Source of the DNA: a virus
Lineage: Duplodnaviria > Caudoviricetes
Virus record (IMG/VR): IMGVR_UViG_3300021166_000096
Location: 218-64,217 of that record
Length of the DNA stretch: 64,000 nt
Strand: one strand, 5' to 3'
The notes under the pieces were generated by a model. The model was not told the DNA's origin and ran no database searches. It worked only from the letters and a program-made list of their open reading frames with translations. Below, piece after piece: positions 7,429-16,379 of this stretch; position 1 is the stretch's first letter, and every line of letters begins with the position of its first letter. Made by a program: the position numbers and the translations under genes.

Positions 7429-8136
7429 TCATAGGTTGTCTATTGTCTGTGTTACTTCCACTGGAGCCTCTACCTGCTCGACAGTGATCTGCTTTACTGG
7501 AGCTTTTTTCTTCTTTGGTTTTTTAGGAGTTGCCGGAAGGAAACTAAGCCCGAAACGAGCGAGTTCTTTTTCAATCCAATTCGCCTTCTCCGCGCCAATG
7601 CCCGCGATGCAGGAGTAGCTGACCTTTTGGCACCGGCAACAGTCCTGCAGGGTGTTGAACACCTTGATACCACTGTTGGGGTTTTTAGGGTGGCGGATGA
7701 GTTCTATCATGTCCGGCGGAAAAATATGTTCTACCGGGATGCACCTGGCCCGGTCGCGGATGAAGGCCATGGGCATTTTCTTGGAATCCAGCGAGATCAT
7801 TTCGCAGACGATGTCGGTGATCTTTTTGGTCATGCCGATCAAGCTGGCCATCTGATACAGAGGTTCGATTTTCTTATTTTCCTGTACCAGTTCGTTTAGC
7901 AAATTCTCAAACCGCTGCTTGGGATTTTCCAGGCGCTTGATCTCAGAGGTATCATACAGGCCCAGGACAAAGTCGTCGTTGCCGGTCACATCCTTCGTAT
8001 CGCTGTTGAGGACTGTCCCGACGCAGAAGATGCCCTTGTGACGGAAGCGGACCATCATACCGAATGGCAGCACTTTCTCGGAATAGCAGGTCATTTTCTC
8101 TCTGGTTTTTTGGTCTTCGATCTCGATCGTTTTCAT
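7429..8136 (-). CDS. Hypothetical protein with a C-terminal RNA polymerase alpha-CTD-like HhH region
   Basis: KVFNTLQ...IAGIGAEKANWIEKELARFGLSF followed by a Lys-rich tail; start MKTIEIED with AAGGAG. Confidence 0.55.
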   Translation of the reverse strand: MKTIEIEDQKTREKMTCYSEKVLPFGMMVRFRHKGIFCVGTVLNSDTKDVTGNDDFVLGLYDTSEIKRLENPKQRFENLLNELVQENKKIEPLYQMASLIGMTKKITDIVCEMISLDSKKMPMAFIRDRARCIPVEHIFPPDMIELIRHPKNPNSGIKVFNTLQDCCRCQKVSYSCIAGIGAEKANWIEKELARFGLSFLPATPKKPKKKKAPVKQITVEQVEAPVEVTQTIDNL

Positions 8137-8147
8137 CTTTCTCTCCT

Positions 8148-8357
8148 TTACAGGTTCTCGGCTTCCCATGAGCCAACTTTAATATCTTCAATCCGGAGAC
8201 GCGTAGGCGCGACTCCGGACCTCTTCTTCATATCATTTGAGGTCAGTACATTTCCCAGCTCATTCAGCCGATCACGCACTAACTGTTGCGAGACATTGAA
8301 GGCCTTGGCCGCCGTCGTGATGACGTACCATCTGCCATCTATTGTGAACCGTCTCAT
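8148..8357 (-). CDS. Small HTH-like DNA-binding protein
   Basis: FTIDGRWYVITTAAKAFNVSQQLVRDRL. Confidence 0.55.
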   Translation of the reverse strand: MRRFTIDGRWYVITTAAKAFNVSQQLVRDRLNELGNVLTSNDMKKRSGVAPTRLRIEDIKVGSWEAENL

Positions 8358-8542
8358 AGTTGCCTCTTTTTTGGTTTGGTTACCTGCGCGGGGCGCAGGA
8401 GCCGGGCCTTGGTAATCGTGCCGTTTTCGTATTGTTGCAGGCGAGCCCGGGCAGATTCGCGATGCAGTCCGGTTACCTCCATCACCAGGGGGACCGTGAA
8501 GACGTTGCCGTCTGGACTGCAGTAGCGACGAAGTGGTCTCAT
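8354..8542 (-). CDS. Small basic HTH-like protein
   Basis: MRPLRRYCSPDGNVFTVPLVMEVTGLHRESARARL...; ATGA overlaps at both ends. The upstream extension in the ORF track is judged spurious. Confidence 0.55.
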   Translation of the reverse strand: MRPLRRYCSPDGNVFTVPLVMEVTGLHRESARARLQQYENGTITKARLLRPAQVTKPKKRQL

Positions 8543-8742
8543 TTTGAACGCACCATGGTCAGTGCCAGCCGGAGCCGACGATTCTCTGCCCATTGGTACT
8601 TGTGCCGATGGATTAGATACAGCGGGCCGCCGTACAGGCAGGTTATAACCCAACCAATCAGGAAGATAGACACCCCATCGAGTTGGACATGTGTGCAGAT
8701 GTCTATACCAAAACTCAGTATCAGAAGAATCGCCAGGATCAT
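8539..8742 (-). CDS. Small membrane protein
   Basis: Two hydrophobic segments; ATGA overlaps. Confidence 0.55.
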   Translation of the reverse strand: MILAILLILSFGIDICTHVQLDGVSIFLIGWVITCLYGGPLYLIHRHKYQWAENRRLRLALTMVRSK

Positions 8743-8942
8743 CGCTCGAACTCCCTGCCGGTGACCCGGCTGTAGACTTTTGCCATGTGGCGGGCCACGG
8801 CCCGGGCATGTTTTTGATGGCCGGACTGGACCCAGGCATCGTGTGCGAATTGAGCCTCCTTCCGGATTTTCTCGAAAATCTCTTCACGCTCGTCGGCCCG
8901 GGCCTCATCCATTGAAGCCCTACATACATCCAATTCGATCAT
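8739..8942 (-). CDS. Hypothetical protein
   Basis: 67-aa ORF in the overlap chain. Confidence 0.6.
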   Translation of the reverse strand: MIELDVCRASMDEARADEREEIFEKIRKEAQFAHDAWVQSGHQKHARAVARHMAKVYSRVTGREFER

Positions 8943-9235
8943 AGTAACTGCTCCTGTAATGTTTCGATATCCACCCTGGCCTGGGCCAGGAGATTTTCCA
9001 TTTCATCCAACCGGCTGACCAGGCGCTCGATAATCTCACCACTGGTCCTAATAGGGGGAAGCGTCTTTTCGTAGGCCTCCTTGGCCTCGTTCCAGCCGTC
9101 CAACCAATCTTGTCGGTAGGAGGCCTGCGCGTCCCAATGTCTCCCCCTATATGGGCAGAAGGCCGTGGGATCGAGACCCGGCTCGAAGGCCTCCCGGCCC
9201 TCACGGCGTCGATGTGATGGTGTCCTGCTCCCCAT
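8939..9235 (-). CDS. Rmf/CrpP-like protein with a C-terminal coiled coil
   Basis: EGREAF..G.....CPY...RQDWLDGWNEA resembles Rmf (GYQAG...CPY...WLGGWREA); GGGAGGT RBS. Confidence 0.55.
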   Translation of the reverse strand: MGSRTPSHRRREGREAFEPGLDPTAFCPYRGRHWDAQASYRQDWLDGWNEAKEAYEKTLPPIRTSGEIIERLVSRLDEMENLLAQARVDIETLQEQLL

Positions 9236-9306
9236 CGTCTACCTCCCTGTTTTCGACATCAAGAACATCATAGCACTCCGGACAGTGAAGGATATTCACC
9301 GTCCAC

Positions 9307-9483
9307 TCAGCTCTGATCAAGGGCGTCGTTCCCGACCACCCGCAGTTTTCGCAATTCATGGAACTCCCGCAAGGTTATGGTTACAGGTTTACCGAGCCGC
9401 CGCATCCCAGGTACCACGGCCACTCCATTAACGAATTTATAAAGCTCACCATCAGGGCACCGCAGGTTGACCTTGAGCTTCAT
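9307..9483 (-). CDS. Hypothetical protein
   Basis: MKLKVNLRCPDGELYKF... Confidence 0.55.
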   Translation of the reverse strand: MKLKVNLRCPDGELYKFVNGVAVVPGMRRLGKPVTITLREFHELRKLRVVGNDALDQS

Positions 9484-9697
9484 GGCGGTCGTCCTCGATG
9501 TCTCCAATTCTTACAATCAAATCGATCGCCGCCCTGGCACCGCGATCAAACGGATGCTGCAGGAAGTCAACGTGCCTGGAGAGACTGGCAGGAGTCTCCT
9601 CCCGGCGCAGCAGTGCCCCGGCGGCCCAGTCGAATCCGTCGTTCCAGCGTTCCTGGTCTCGCCGTTCCCGGCGACGTTCAAAGAAGTTCGTAAACAT
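9452..9697 (-). CDS. Hypothetical protein
   Basis: Start MFTNFF with GGAG RBS. Confidence 0.6.
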   Translation of the reverse strand: MFTNFFERRRERRDQERWNDGFDWAAGALLRREETPASLSRHVDFLQHPFDRGARAAIDLIVRIGDIEDDRHEAQGQPAVP

Positions 9698-9699
9698 AA

Positions 9700-9885
9700 T
9701 CAATGCTCCATCCAAAATTCTTGGCAGGAGCATGGTATGCACCGTGTCCCGCAGTGCTTGCAATAGCCAGCCATCAGTCGATTCATCAGCTCGACCCGCT
9801 CGGCGTCAGTCATGGTGGCCATGTCCTTGTTGACGTAGTCGATGAGATCGCCGAGGTCGAATTCGTTAAGAGTCTTATCTGTCAT
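9700..9885 (-). CDS. Hypothetical protein with a C-terminal CxxC..CxC motif
   Basis: Start MTDKTL; GYCKHCGTRCIPCSC. Confidence 0.6.
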   Translation of the reverse strand: MTDKTLNEFDLGDLIDYVNKDMATMTDAERVELMNRLMAGYCKHCGTRCIPCSCQEFWMEH

Positions 9886-10201
9886 ATCCTTCCTCGATAT
9901 GTATGTGTAAAGTCGTATCTTTGTAGAGTTCATTATTTGCTATCCGGATAGGATGAACGATCGCCGCCCTGGTGGTGAACATAACAAGCCCCCAGACCTT
10001 ACCGAACATCATATCTTGCCCGATAAGCGTCTCGAAATGTTGATTATCAGTGGATTCGAGAACGAGAAAGACGGGTGCAGTAGTGACCCACGCCATCGCC
10101 GATCGCATGTCTTTTGGTACCGCGCCTCGGAAAAGCCACAACCAGGCGATCGGTGCCGGACGCTTAGGAGGTTCAGGTTTTTGCCAGAATTTCCAATTCA
10201 T
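9875..10201 (-). CDS. Hypothetical protein
   Basis: 108-aa ORF. Confidence 0.6.
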   Translation of the reverse strand: MNWKFWQKPEPPKRPAPIAWLWLFRGAVPKDMRSAMAWVTTAPVFLVLESTDNQHFETLIGQDMMFGKVWGLVMFTTRAAIVHPIRIANNELYKDTTLHIHIEEGYDR

Positions 10202-10476
10202 AAGTCGCTCACATTTAATTCAATTCTTAGGATATACCCCTTTGACATTTCCTTTACGTTATTATCAAATTCTCGGAAGAGAACCATCGACATATCACTC
10301 TTGTAAAGCCCCCAGGTAGGCATTCCGATAATATCTTTGCCATTAACGAACACATTCCCCACTTTATCCAGTCGACCTATCGGTTCGACATTCTTGGCGA
10401 TATACCTAGCTGACTTGAGATTTTTAGGAGCTGTCCCTGCGAAGATTAAAATATGTGGTTTCATTCCATCCCCCAT
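10198..10476 (-). CDS. Hypothetical protein (AT-rich)
   Basis: 92-aa ORF in visibly AT-rich DNA. Confidence 0.55.
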   Translation of the reverse strand: MGDGMKPHILIFAGTAPKNLKSARYIAKNVEPIGRLDKVGNVFVNGKDIIGMPTWGLYKSDMSMVLFREFDNNVKEMSKGYILRIELNVSDL

Positions 10477-10643
10477 TCCGACCGTAGCGCGTCGGCCACG
10501 GCCTCTTTGAGTTCGTCCACAGTGCTGGCCGACACAATGTCTTCCATGTGGTGCTGCCGGGTCAGTTGGCGCTTGGCCTGCATCATCGAGATACCGTAGT
10601 GGGCCGCGAATATCTTGATTTCGTCAACGGTCGGCTTGGTCAT
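10461..10643 (-). CDS. Hypothetical protein
   Basis: 60-aa ORF with GGAGG RBS. Confidence 0.6.
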   Translation of the reverse strand: MTKPTVDEIKIFAAHYGISMMQAKRQLTRQHHMEDIVSASTVDELKEAVADALRSEWGME

Positions 10644-10936
10644 TGCGCTACCTCCGGAGAAACAGGCCCAACGGCAGCGCTTGTGATTGGCTGCAGGGTA
10701 CGGCTGGAAGTCCCAGGGGAACTGACACCAGCTTTCGCTCGTTGGACCTTAATTTGAGGAGCGTAGTGGGCCGCCAGGAGCATTCCTGTGGTGAACCCGA
10801 CCGTTACTATGGCCAAGATGGCAATCACCCATCTACGGCGCAGCAGGATGGGTTTATCGCAGGTCTGGATCTCGACCGTCTCAGCCTGCAGCGCGGCCTT
10901 CAATGCTTTGCGTTGGTCTCGTCTGGTCCTCGTCAT
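10640..10936 (-). CDS. Single-pass membrane protein
   Basis: RRRWVIAILAIVTVGFTTGMLLAAH; GGGAGG RBS. Confidence 0.6.
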   Translation of the reverse strand: MTRTRRDQRKALKAALQAETVEIQTCDKPILLRRRWVIAILAIVTVGFTTGMLLAAHYAPQIKVQRAKAGVSSPGTSSRTLQPITSAAVGPVSPEVAQ

Positions 10937-11241
10937 TTTCCTACCTCCCCAAGAGCTGCAACACGTTCGTCAACGGTGGCCACATCCATGTACATCAGTT
11001 TACGCGGTGTCAGTGGTGGAGTCGTGGCCGGTACACCTCGCTCGGCGCTGTGGATGCCCTCCATAGCGTGGCGCAGCGTAGGGAAGCTCTGCCGACTGTT
11101 ACCAGTGGGGAAGATCCACCCGGCCTTCAGGAGGATGACAGTCTGGCCGTCTTCCTCGGTGAGTTTTGCCACCCGTTTGTACACCCGGACCCGCCGGTCA
11201 TGGCCTGCAGCCATGAAGTCTGGTTTCTCGTATTTGCTCAT
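10933..11241 (-). CDS. Hypothetical protein
   Basis: 102-aa ORF coupled to the primase stop codon. Confidence 0.65.
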   Translation of the reverse strand: MSKYEKPDFMAAGHDRRVRVYKRVAKLTEEDGQTVILLKAGWIFPTGNSRQSFPTLRHAMEGIHSAERGVPATTPPLTPRKLMYMDVATVDERVAALGEVGK

Positions 11242-14138
11242 AAATCCTCGATAGTTAGAATTTTATACATCCGGCGCTTTCGCGTCCGGCCATTGCGTGG
11301 AACCTTGCCATCCACATCCCAGGCGATCATGTTCTGGATGGTGCCAGAATACTTGGATAACTCCCAGGTGAAGCCTGCCAGCCGCTCAGGAACGCAACCG
11401 GATGGGTTGACTGTCCAGCGGATCTCCTCATGCTCGGATCGGATGATGACCTCGGTGCCGCCCTTGGCACGGACCCATAATCGATAGATATCGAACAGGT
11501 GCCGGGTAGAGTCGAGCAGCTCATACTTGCCCTGGGCCTCAACGCTCTGCAGCCAGGCGCACATGCCGAGGGCGAACTCACTGCTATCCAACATGTTCTT
11601 GGCTGCAGTGTACCGGCGCTGGGCCTGGACCAACTCGATCTGCGCCTGGTCGTAAAAGAGTTGATCAGCGAGGCCGAACCATTTGCGCCGGGTCTCGATG
11701 CCGGTGGTCACCTTACCATTATCCATCTGCCGCAGGCCATCGCTCAGGAGATGCAGCAGACCCATGAATAGATAAGGTTTGTCCTGCAACCACTCATCGA
11801 TCACGTTTTCCGACGGAATTGGGAACTGGGTATTACCGTTGAACTTGAAGGTCTCCTTACGACTATCCAGGTCTGGACGGGTAATGACGCTGGCCAGCGC
11901 CGTCATAATGATCGGTCTTTTGGCAAAAATCTTGGTGTAGCTGTTGGTGTACATGATCCGCTCGTCTTTGCTGGTGCCGGTGGATACCTGGCAGAGGATA
12001 TCCTGCCAGCCGACGCTCAGTTTGGACACGTTGTCGAACAAGGTAAAATACTTTTTGGCCACAACTGATATCAGCGCCGGTGGCTTGAGTGAGCCCAGGT
12101 CGCTGCGGGCCGCCTGCAGGGTCAGACCACCCTTGACTGGATCGATCAAATCAACCATCAGGTCAGCTGCGGTGGACTTGCCGGAGCCCGCCGGGCCGAC
12201 GAACTCGATCAGCGGGCTGGTGCCCCGGCCAGAGAGCATCGCGAAGATCATGCCCAGCAGCATTGGTTTTTTGTCTTCCTCGACCACCAAGAAGTCGAAC
12301 AGGCGGTTAACCGTCCAAGTCTTGAGCGCCTGGATGCTGCCGAACCGGTCCAGGATCTCCTGCTCAGAAGCGATCAGGATTGGTATCGACTGTGGATCCT
12401 GTCGCCAACGAACCGGGCAGTCGCTTTCCAGGCTCACCTGGACGCCCTCTGGCGTGATTAACGCGCAGAGGTACCGACCATCGTCTTGCAGGCCGAGATT
12501 GATCCAGGTGTGCGGCAGGCGACCGTTAGGACCACCCACAGGAGCGACTCGCAGACCGATCTCCGCAGTCTTGAAGATCGAGGCACTGCCGCCCTCATTG
12601 AGTTTTTCCTGCGCGAACATGTACTGTGCACAGTTTTTTCCGAAGTATGACGATACTTTATCGTCTGATAGATAGCAGCCCCGCCCATACAGAGCGACAT
12701 CGATGCTGTTTTCCAGGGTCGATACTCGATACCTGCCGTCGCTGACATTTTTCCAGCCCGCGTACATGGTGCCCAGGTCATCGACCATCCAGTCGAATGC
12801 GTCGATCACGGGGCGGAAATACTCCTGATCGGTTGGGGTTGCCTCGCCCCAATCGCTTTCTTCCTTCTCCTTTTTTGAAATGGTGATTTGTTTTTCGAGA
12901 TCGCTGATCGAGATCCCCGTGTTTTTGATCTGTTTCTTGACATCAGCATACAGGCCTGCGTGGCTTTGCTTGAGCGTGGCCAAGGCTTCGAGTACTGGTT
13001 GGTCGTAAAGCGCCAGGGCCGAACCGTCGGTGGCCTTGGTTCGCTCTACAGCGGCCAGGACCACCGCCTTGAGTTCATCCGCGCCTTTCCCAAAAGGCTT
13101 GGTCGCTGCCGAGGTTAGATACTGGCGGAAGCGGGCCACGCCGTAGGTCTCTTGGTCATCCTTGCGGTTGCGGCCCCCACCACCCTCATCTTTGGGAAGG
13201 TACGCAGGGGAGCAGTCCAGCGCCTCCCAGGCGGCGGCGTACATCAGGGCGGCGTAATGATCGAGCTGTTCAATCAGCGCGGTCTTACCGACCTTCTGGG
13301 CTATCTGCGCGGCAGCGCGGTAACATGGTTCGTTGATATCCGGGTTGCCGCACAGGCTCAGGGTCTCGAGCCAGGTCTTACCGATCGGCGCTTGATGGCT
13401 TTGGCCTGGGGTAAATCCGGCCTGCCCGACAGCCATGGAGATCTGCTCCTGCAGCACTTTGCAAGACAGCCGTGGTGCCGCGTCCTGGTAGTGGGAGAGG
13501 CGGGCCTCCTCGGGCACCGGATCCTCGAAGTCCTGGCAGCAGCGCCTGCTGATGTAGTCGGGCTGGACACTGCGTTGGGTTGCCGGGTCAAAGAGAGCGC
13601 GGCCACGGATCTTTTTGATCGATTGGCACCAGTCCCGCAGGGCCACGATGCTGATCGGATGATCGAGCATAAAATACAAATGGCAGGAGAGCTTGTTGGT
13701 ACTGAACTGACTGCTGGTCAACAGGCACAGGAACTGGGCATCGAGCAGGAAGGCGAAGCCCTCCTTGTGCAGCAGGTAACGCACAGCGGCATGGATCGAC
13801 TGGGGAGTGAAATCCATTGGGATATCGAGATCCCATTTATCCATGTCGAGCATCATCAGATCTGATGATGATTCTGGAAAATTCTCCTTGATGCGCTGGC
13901 ACTTGGGGGTGTCCAGTCCATCGATAGGCTCACCGTTTATGCGGATGAAGCCGTCAGCATGCTCGGAAAGCTCAAAATGCAGGTCACCAAGATCGGTGAT
14001 ATCAGCCTGATGGACGCTGAAATATTTCCCCAGTTTGTAATCGTTGACCTTGATCGGGCCGTCCGGACCTTTCCGGAAGGTCTTGGCCGCGAACGTGGGA
14101 TAGTCATTATTAGGGCGCAAAAACGTCAATTTGGTCAT
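11238..14138 (-). CDS. Primase-helicase (N-terminal AEP-like primase, C-terminal P-loop ATPase)
   Basis: LMMLDMD, SCHLYFML and FDPATQRSVQPDYI in the N-terminal region; GPAGSGKST Walker A and TLFDNVS Walker B in the C-terminal region. Confidence 0.8.
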   Translation of the reverse strand: MTKLTFLRPNNDYPTFAAKTFRKGPDGPIKVNDYKLGKYFSVHQADITDLGDLHFELSEHADGFIRINGEPIDGLDTPKCQRIKENFPESSSDLMMLDMDKWDLDIPMDFTPQSIHAAVRYLLHKEGFAFLLDAQFLCLLTSSQFSTNKLSCHLYFMLDHPISIVALRDWCQSIKKIRGRALFDPATQRSVQPDYISRRCCQDFEDPVPEEARLSHYQDAAPRLSCKVLQEQISMAVGQAGFTPGQSHQAPIGKTWLETLSLCGNPDINEPCYRAAAQIAQKVGKTALIEQLDHYAALMYAAAWEALDCSPAYLPKDEGGGGRNRKDDQETYGVARFRQYLTSAATKPFGKGADELKAVVLAAVERTKATDGSALALYDQPVLEALATLKQSHAGLYADVKKQIKNTGISISDLEKQITISKKEKEESDWGEATPTDQEYFRPVIDAFDWMVDDLGTMYAGWKNVSDGRYRVSTLENSIDVALYGRGCYLSDDKVSSYFGKNCAQYMFAQEKLNEGGSASIFKTAEIGLRVAPVGGPNGRLPHTWINLGLQDDGRYLCALITPEGVQVSLESDCPVRWRQDPQSIPILIASEQEILDRFGSIQALKTWTVNRLFDFLVVEEDKKPMLLGMIFAMLSGRGTSPLIEFVGPAGSGKSTAADLMVDLIDPVKGGLTLQAARSDLGSLKPPALISVVAKKYFTLFDNVSKLSVGWQDILCQVSTGTSKDERIMYTNSYTKIFAKRPIIMTALASVITRPDLDSRKETFKFNGNTQFPIPSENVIDEWLQDKPYLFMGLLHLLSDGLRQMDNGKVTTGIETRRKWFGLADQLFYDQAQIELVQAQRRYTAAKNMLDSSEFALGMCAWLQSVEAQGKYELLDSTRHLFDIYRLWVRAKGGTEVIIRSEHEEIRWTVNPSGCVPERLAGFTWELSKYSGTIQNMIAWDVDGKVPRNGRTRKRRMYKILTIEDL

Positions 14139-14148
14139 TCTGCGCTCC

Positions 14149-14298
14149 TTATTTTTTGGGGTTATTCCATCTTGTATTTCGGCATTTCGGACATTGAACC
14201 GGGAGCTTATTGATTAAGCGCGGTATCCATTGATGGCTACAACACTTGCATGATAATTTCACAGTGTTTTCAAGGGGTTTCGGTTTTGGGAGCAGCAT
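14149..14298 (-). CDS. Zinc-ribbon micro-protein (49 aa; absent from the ORF track)
   Basis: Hand translation: MLLPKPKPLENTVKLSCKCCSHQWIPRLINKLPVQCPKCRNTRWNNPKK; alternative GTG start at 14262. Confidence 0.7.
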   Translation of the reverse strand: MLLPKPKPLENTVKLSCKCCSHQWIPRLINKLPVQCPKCRNTRWNNPKK

Positions 14299-14635
14299 TC
14301 GGTAGACCTAGTAAAGGTTTAATGGGTACCCCGGTATACTCATTTTGTTTGTTATCATCAACTACAAATTTGAGGTCGTAACCGTCGATATGACCCGACT
14401 CCCAGTCGCGGGAAATGTTAACCATTGTCAAACGGTAAATTTTCCCATGCACGATATTGTCAAGAAGGGGAATGTCTCCCTCGGTCACATGCCCCGGCAG
14501 CAGGTCGCCGCCGCACTCCTCACAACCAGGACAGGAAAGGCGTTTTTGAATCATCATCTTGGTCGTTGAGACAAAATACTCCTGGTTATTAATGAAATTA
14601 GTTATGTTTGCCTTGTAACGTTGTCCTTTGCACAT
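14270..14635 (-). CDS. Hypothetical protein (CPGCEEC motif)
   Basis: Start reassigned to MCKGQRY (GGAGG RBS); the upstream extension lies in the origin repeats. Confidence 0.65.
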   Translation of the reverse strand: MCKGQRYKANITNFINNQEYFVSTTKMMIQKRLSCPGCEECGGDLLPGHVTEGDIPLLDNIVHGKIYRLTMVNISRDWESGHIDGYDLKFVVDDNKQNEYTGVPIKPLLGLPNAAPKTETP

Positions 14636-14653
14636 AAAACCTCCATTTTTAGG

Positions 14654-14969
14654 TGGTGACGCGTGTGACATGACAGCACTTCCGGTTACCTTTTGACGTG
14701 TCACCCTCCAAGTGCGTGAAATGGTTGAGATCTTCCGACGTGGTGACGGGAATGACGATGGTGACACGGGGTCGAAAAATTTTTATATATATATTAATAA
14801 AAAATAAATAAATTATATATATTTTATTTTTTCTCTATAAGAAGCATAAACCATCGTGTCATTCGTGTCATACGCGTCACCAGGGTAAAAAATATCAAGT
14901 AAATAAGGCATCTATGAGGTGACACGATAAAAGGTGCTCATATGTGTAGTCGTGTCACACGCGTCACCA
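14654..14969. promoter_or_regulatory. Putative replication origin: TGAC/GTCA iterons around an AT-rich core
   Basis: Perfect 17-bp inverted repeat TGGTGACGCGTGTGACA (14654-14670) / TGTCACACGCGTCACCA (14953-14969); further copies at 14741-14768, 14855-14882 and 14919-14928; near-pure A/T core at about 14776-14832. Confidence 0.75.
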
Positions 14970-14972
14970 TTT

Positions 14973-15386
14973 TTAGCGTTTTATTAGTTTTATCCTCGTT
15001 TTTGCGTCACCGACGCGCCATTTCTCTGACATTTCAAGAACAACTAATTTCTCGCCAGGAGTGAAGGCCTTAACTAATTCCAGAAGATCTCGCTGAAGAT
15101 GCCACTTTTTTGCGAGGTCATCGATGTCAAGAGAGTCCTCGACAGCATATTCGATGCCCTGAATTAGTTTATCAATGACTAAATTCTTAGGCGGCTCGTT
15201 GAGCATCGCCTCCATAAGTGCGGCCCACTCGTTTTCCAGAAGCTCGGGCCGACTCTTTTCGAGTACCCAATCGAGCCGATCCGCCGTCAGGTTGATAGTC
15301 GAACTGATCGACGAATCGATTTTCATCCGATCAGCGATCCGAGTTTGCAATTGGCCAGAGATGTAAATGGAAGTTCGTTTACTCAT
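14973..15386 (-). CDS. Probable ribbon-helix-helix-type regulator
   Basis: N-terminal MSKRTSIYISGQLQTRI strand-helix pattern. Confidence 0.55.
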   Translation of the reverse strand: MSKRTSIYISGQLQTRIADRMKIDSSISSTINLTADRLDWVLEKSRPELLENEWAALMEAMLNEPPKNLVIDKLIQGIEYAVEDSLDIDDLAKKWHLQRDLLELVKAFTPGEKLVVLEMSEKWRVGDAKTRIKLIKR

Positions 15387-16029
15387 GAATTTTCACCCTC
15401 GTAAGGACTGTTGATTTTTCCCCTTGGTACTCGTCCAAGGATTTGACTTTGCCAGTCAGATTTACGTCACAACCAAGAAGCTCGGCCAGGAGGTGTCCAG
15501 CCTTCCCACTCGAAAAACCCTTGACTTTATTACCACCAGGATCGACACCGATCCACAACAGAGAAGATCCGAACTCGGTGGCACACCATTTGAGGTAAGT
15601 GACCTTGATCCGGCAGGTGATGGTATGTCCGACTTCGCCGATCCACTGCGATACCCGGCGGGCCTGATCCTTGTGCCAGCGGATCGAGAACTCGATCATC
15701 TCGCGGACCTCTTGATCAGTCAGCCCACCATTGAGGTTGCGCTGTGCTTCGAGCTTGGTCTCATACAAGGTTTTCTTGACCATCTCACTATTGGTCAGGC
15801 CACCATTGCGCAGGCGCTGCCGGATGATCGCTGCGTCACGCTTCAGGCGATTCTGCAGAGTTGAGACTTTCACCCGCACTCGACCAGTACCGCCACATTG
15901 GAAGCAGGTCGTGCCGTGCATCTGGCAATAAGAAAAGTGTCCGCTACCACCACAACGGTGACAGGATTCGGTTGTCATTGCTTCGGATTTTTTAGGTTCT
16001 ACCATGTTGATGGTCTGTGCAGTTTTCAT
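15379..16029 (-). CDS. Zn-finger plus OB-fold-like protein
   Basis: CHRCGGSG and CFQCGGTG; C-terminal LTGKVKSLDEYQGEKSTVLTRVK. Confidence 0.65.
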   Translation of the reverse strand: MKTAQTINMVEPKKSEAMTTESCHRCGGSGHFSYCQMHGTTCFQCGGTGRVRVKVSTLQNRLKRDAAIIRQRLRNGGLTNSEMVKKTLYETKLEAQRNLNGGLTDQEVREMIEFSIRWHKDQARRVSQWIGEVGHTITCRIKVTYLKWCATEFGSSLLWIGVDPGGNKVKGFSSGKAGHLLAELLGCDVNLTGKVKSLDEYQGEKSTVLTRVKIHE

Positions 16030-16070
16030 AATTCCTCTCCGTTGATGGTTGATGTGATTGTCTAAAGCGC

Positions 16071-16086
16071 GAGGCCCGTAGGCCTC
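16071..16086 (-). other. C(UACG)G hairpin between genes (attenuator or processing element)
   Basis: GAGGCC-UACG-GGCCUC; same stem as the 1705-1737 terminator but followed only by GCGCUUU. Confidence 0.5.
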
Positions 16087-16091
16087 ATGAT

Positions 16092-16379
16092 TTAACCAAT
16101 CTCGATGATCTTGAGGATTTTGTCATCACCGTAGCTTGACGGCTTGCAGAGATCCCGCCGACTGTGGAAGCTCATGTACCCCTGCGGGCCACCCACCGAG
16201 CAGACCTTGCGGCTATGGATAGCGATGAAGCGTTGGTCGATTCGTTTACTCTTGCGAAGGACCAAGTACCCGGCGGTGATGAGCCTGCAGCCGGTTACCT
16301 GCGCCCGATTGTGTCGAGCATAGGTTTTTTCCATCATCACTTTCTCGATTGCCAATGCTTTTTCCAAATCGAAGTTCAT
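16092..16379 (-). CDS. Hypothetical early protein
   Basis: 95-aa ORF with GAGG RBS. Confidence 0.6.
   Translation of the reverse strand: MNFDLEKALAIEKVMMEKTYARHNRAQVTGCRLITAGYLVLRKSKRIDQRFIAIHSRKVCSVGGPQGYMSFHSRRDLCKPSSYGDDKILKIIEIG

Noticed and set aside
14636-14767. N-terminal extension of ORF 14270-14767
   Set aside because: Runs through origin iterons; a GGAGG RBS supports 14635.
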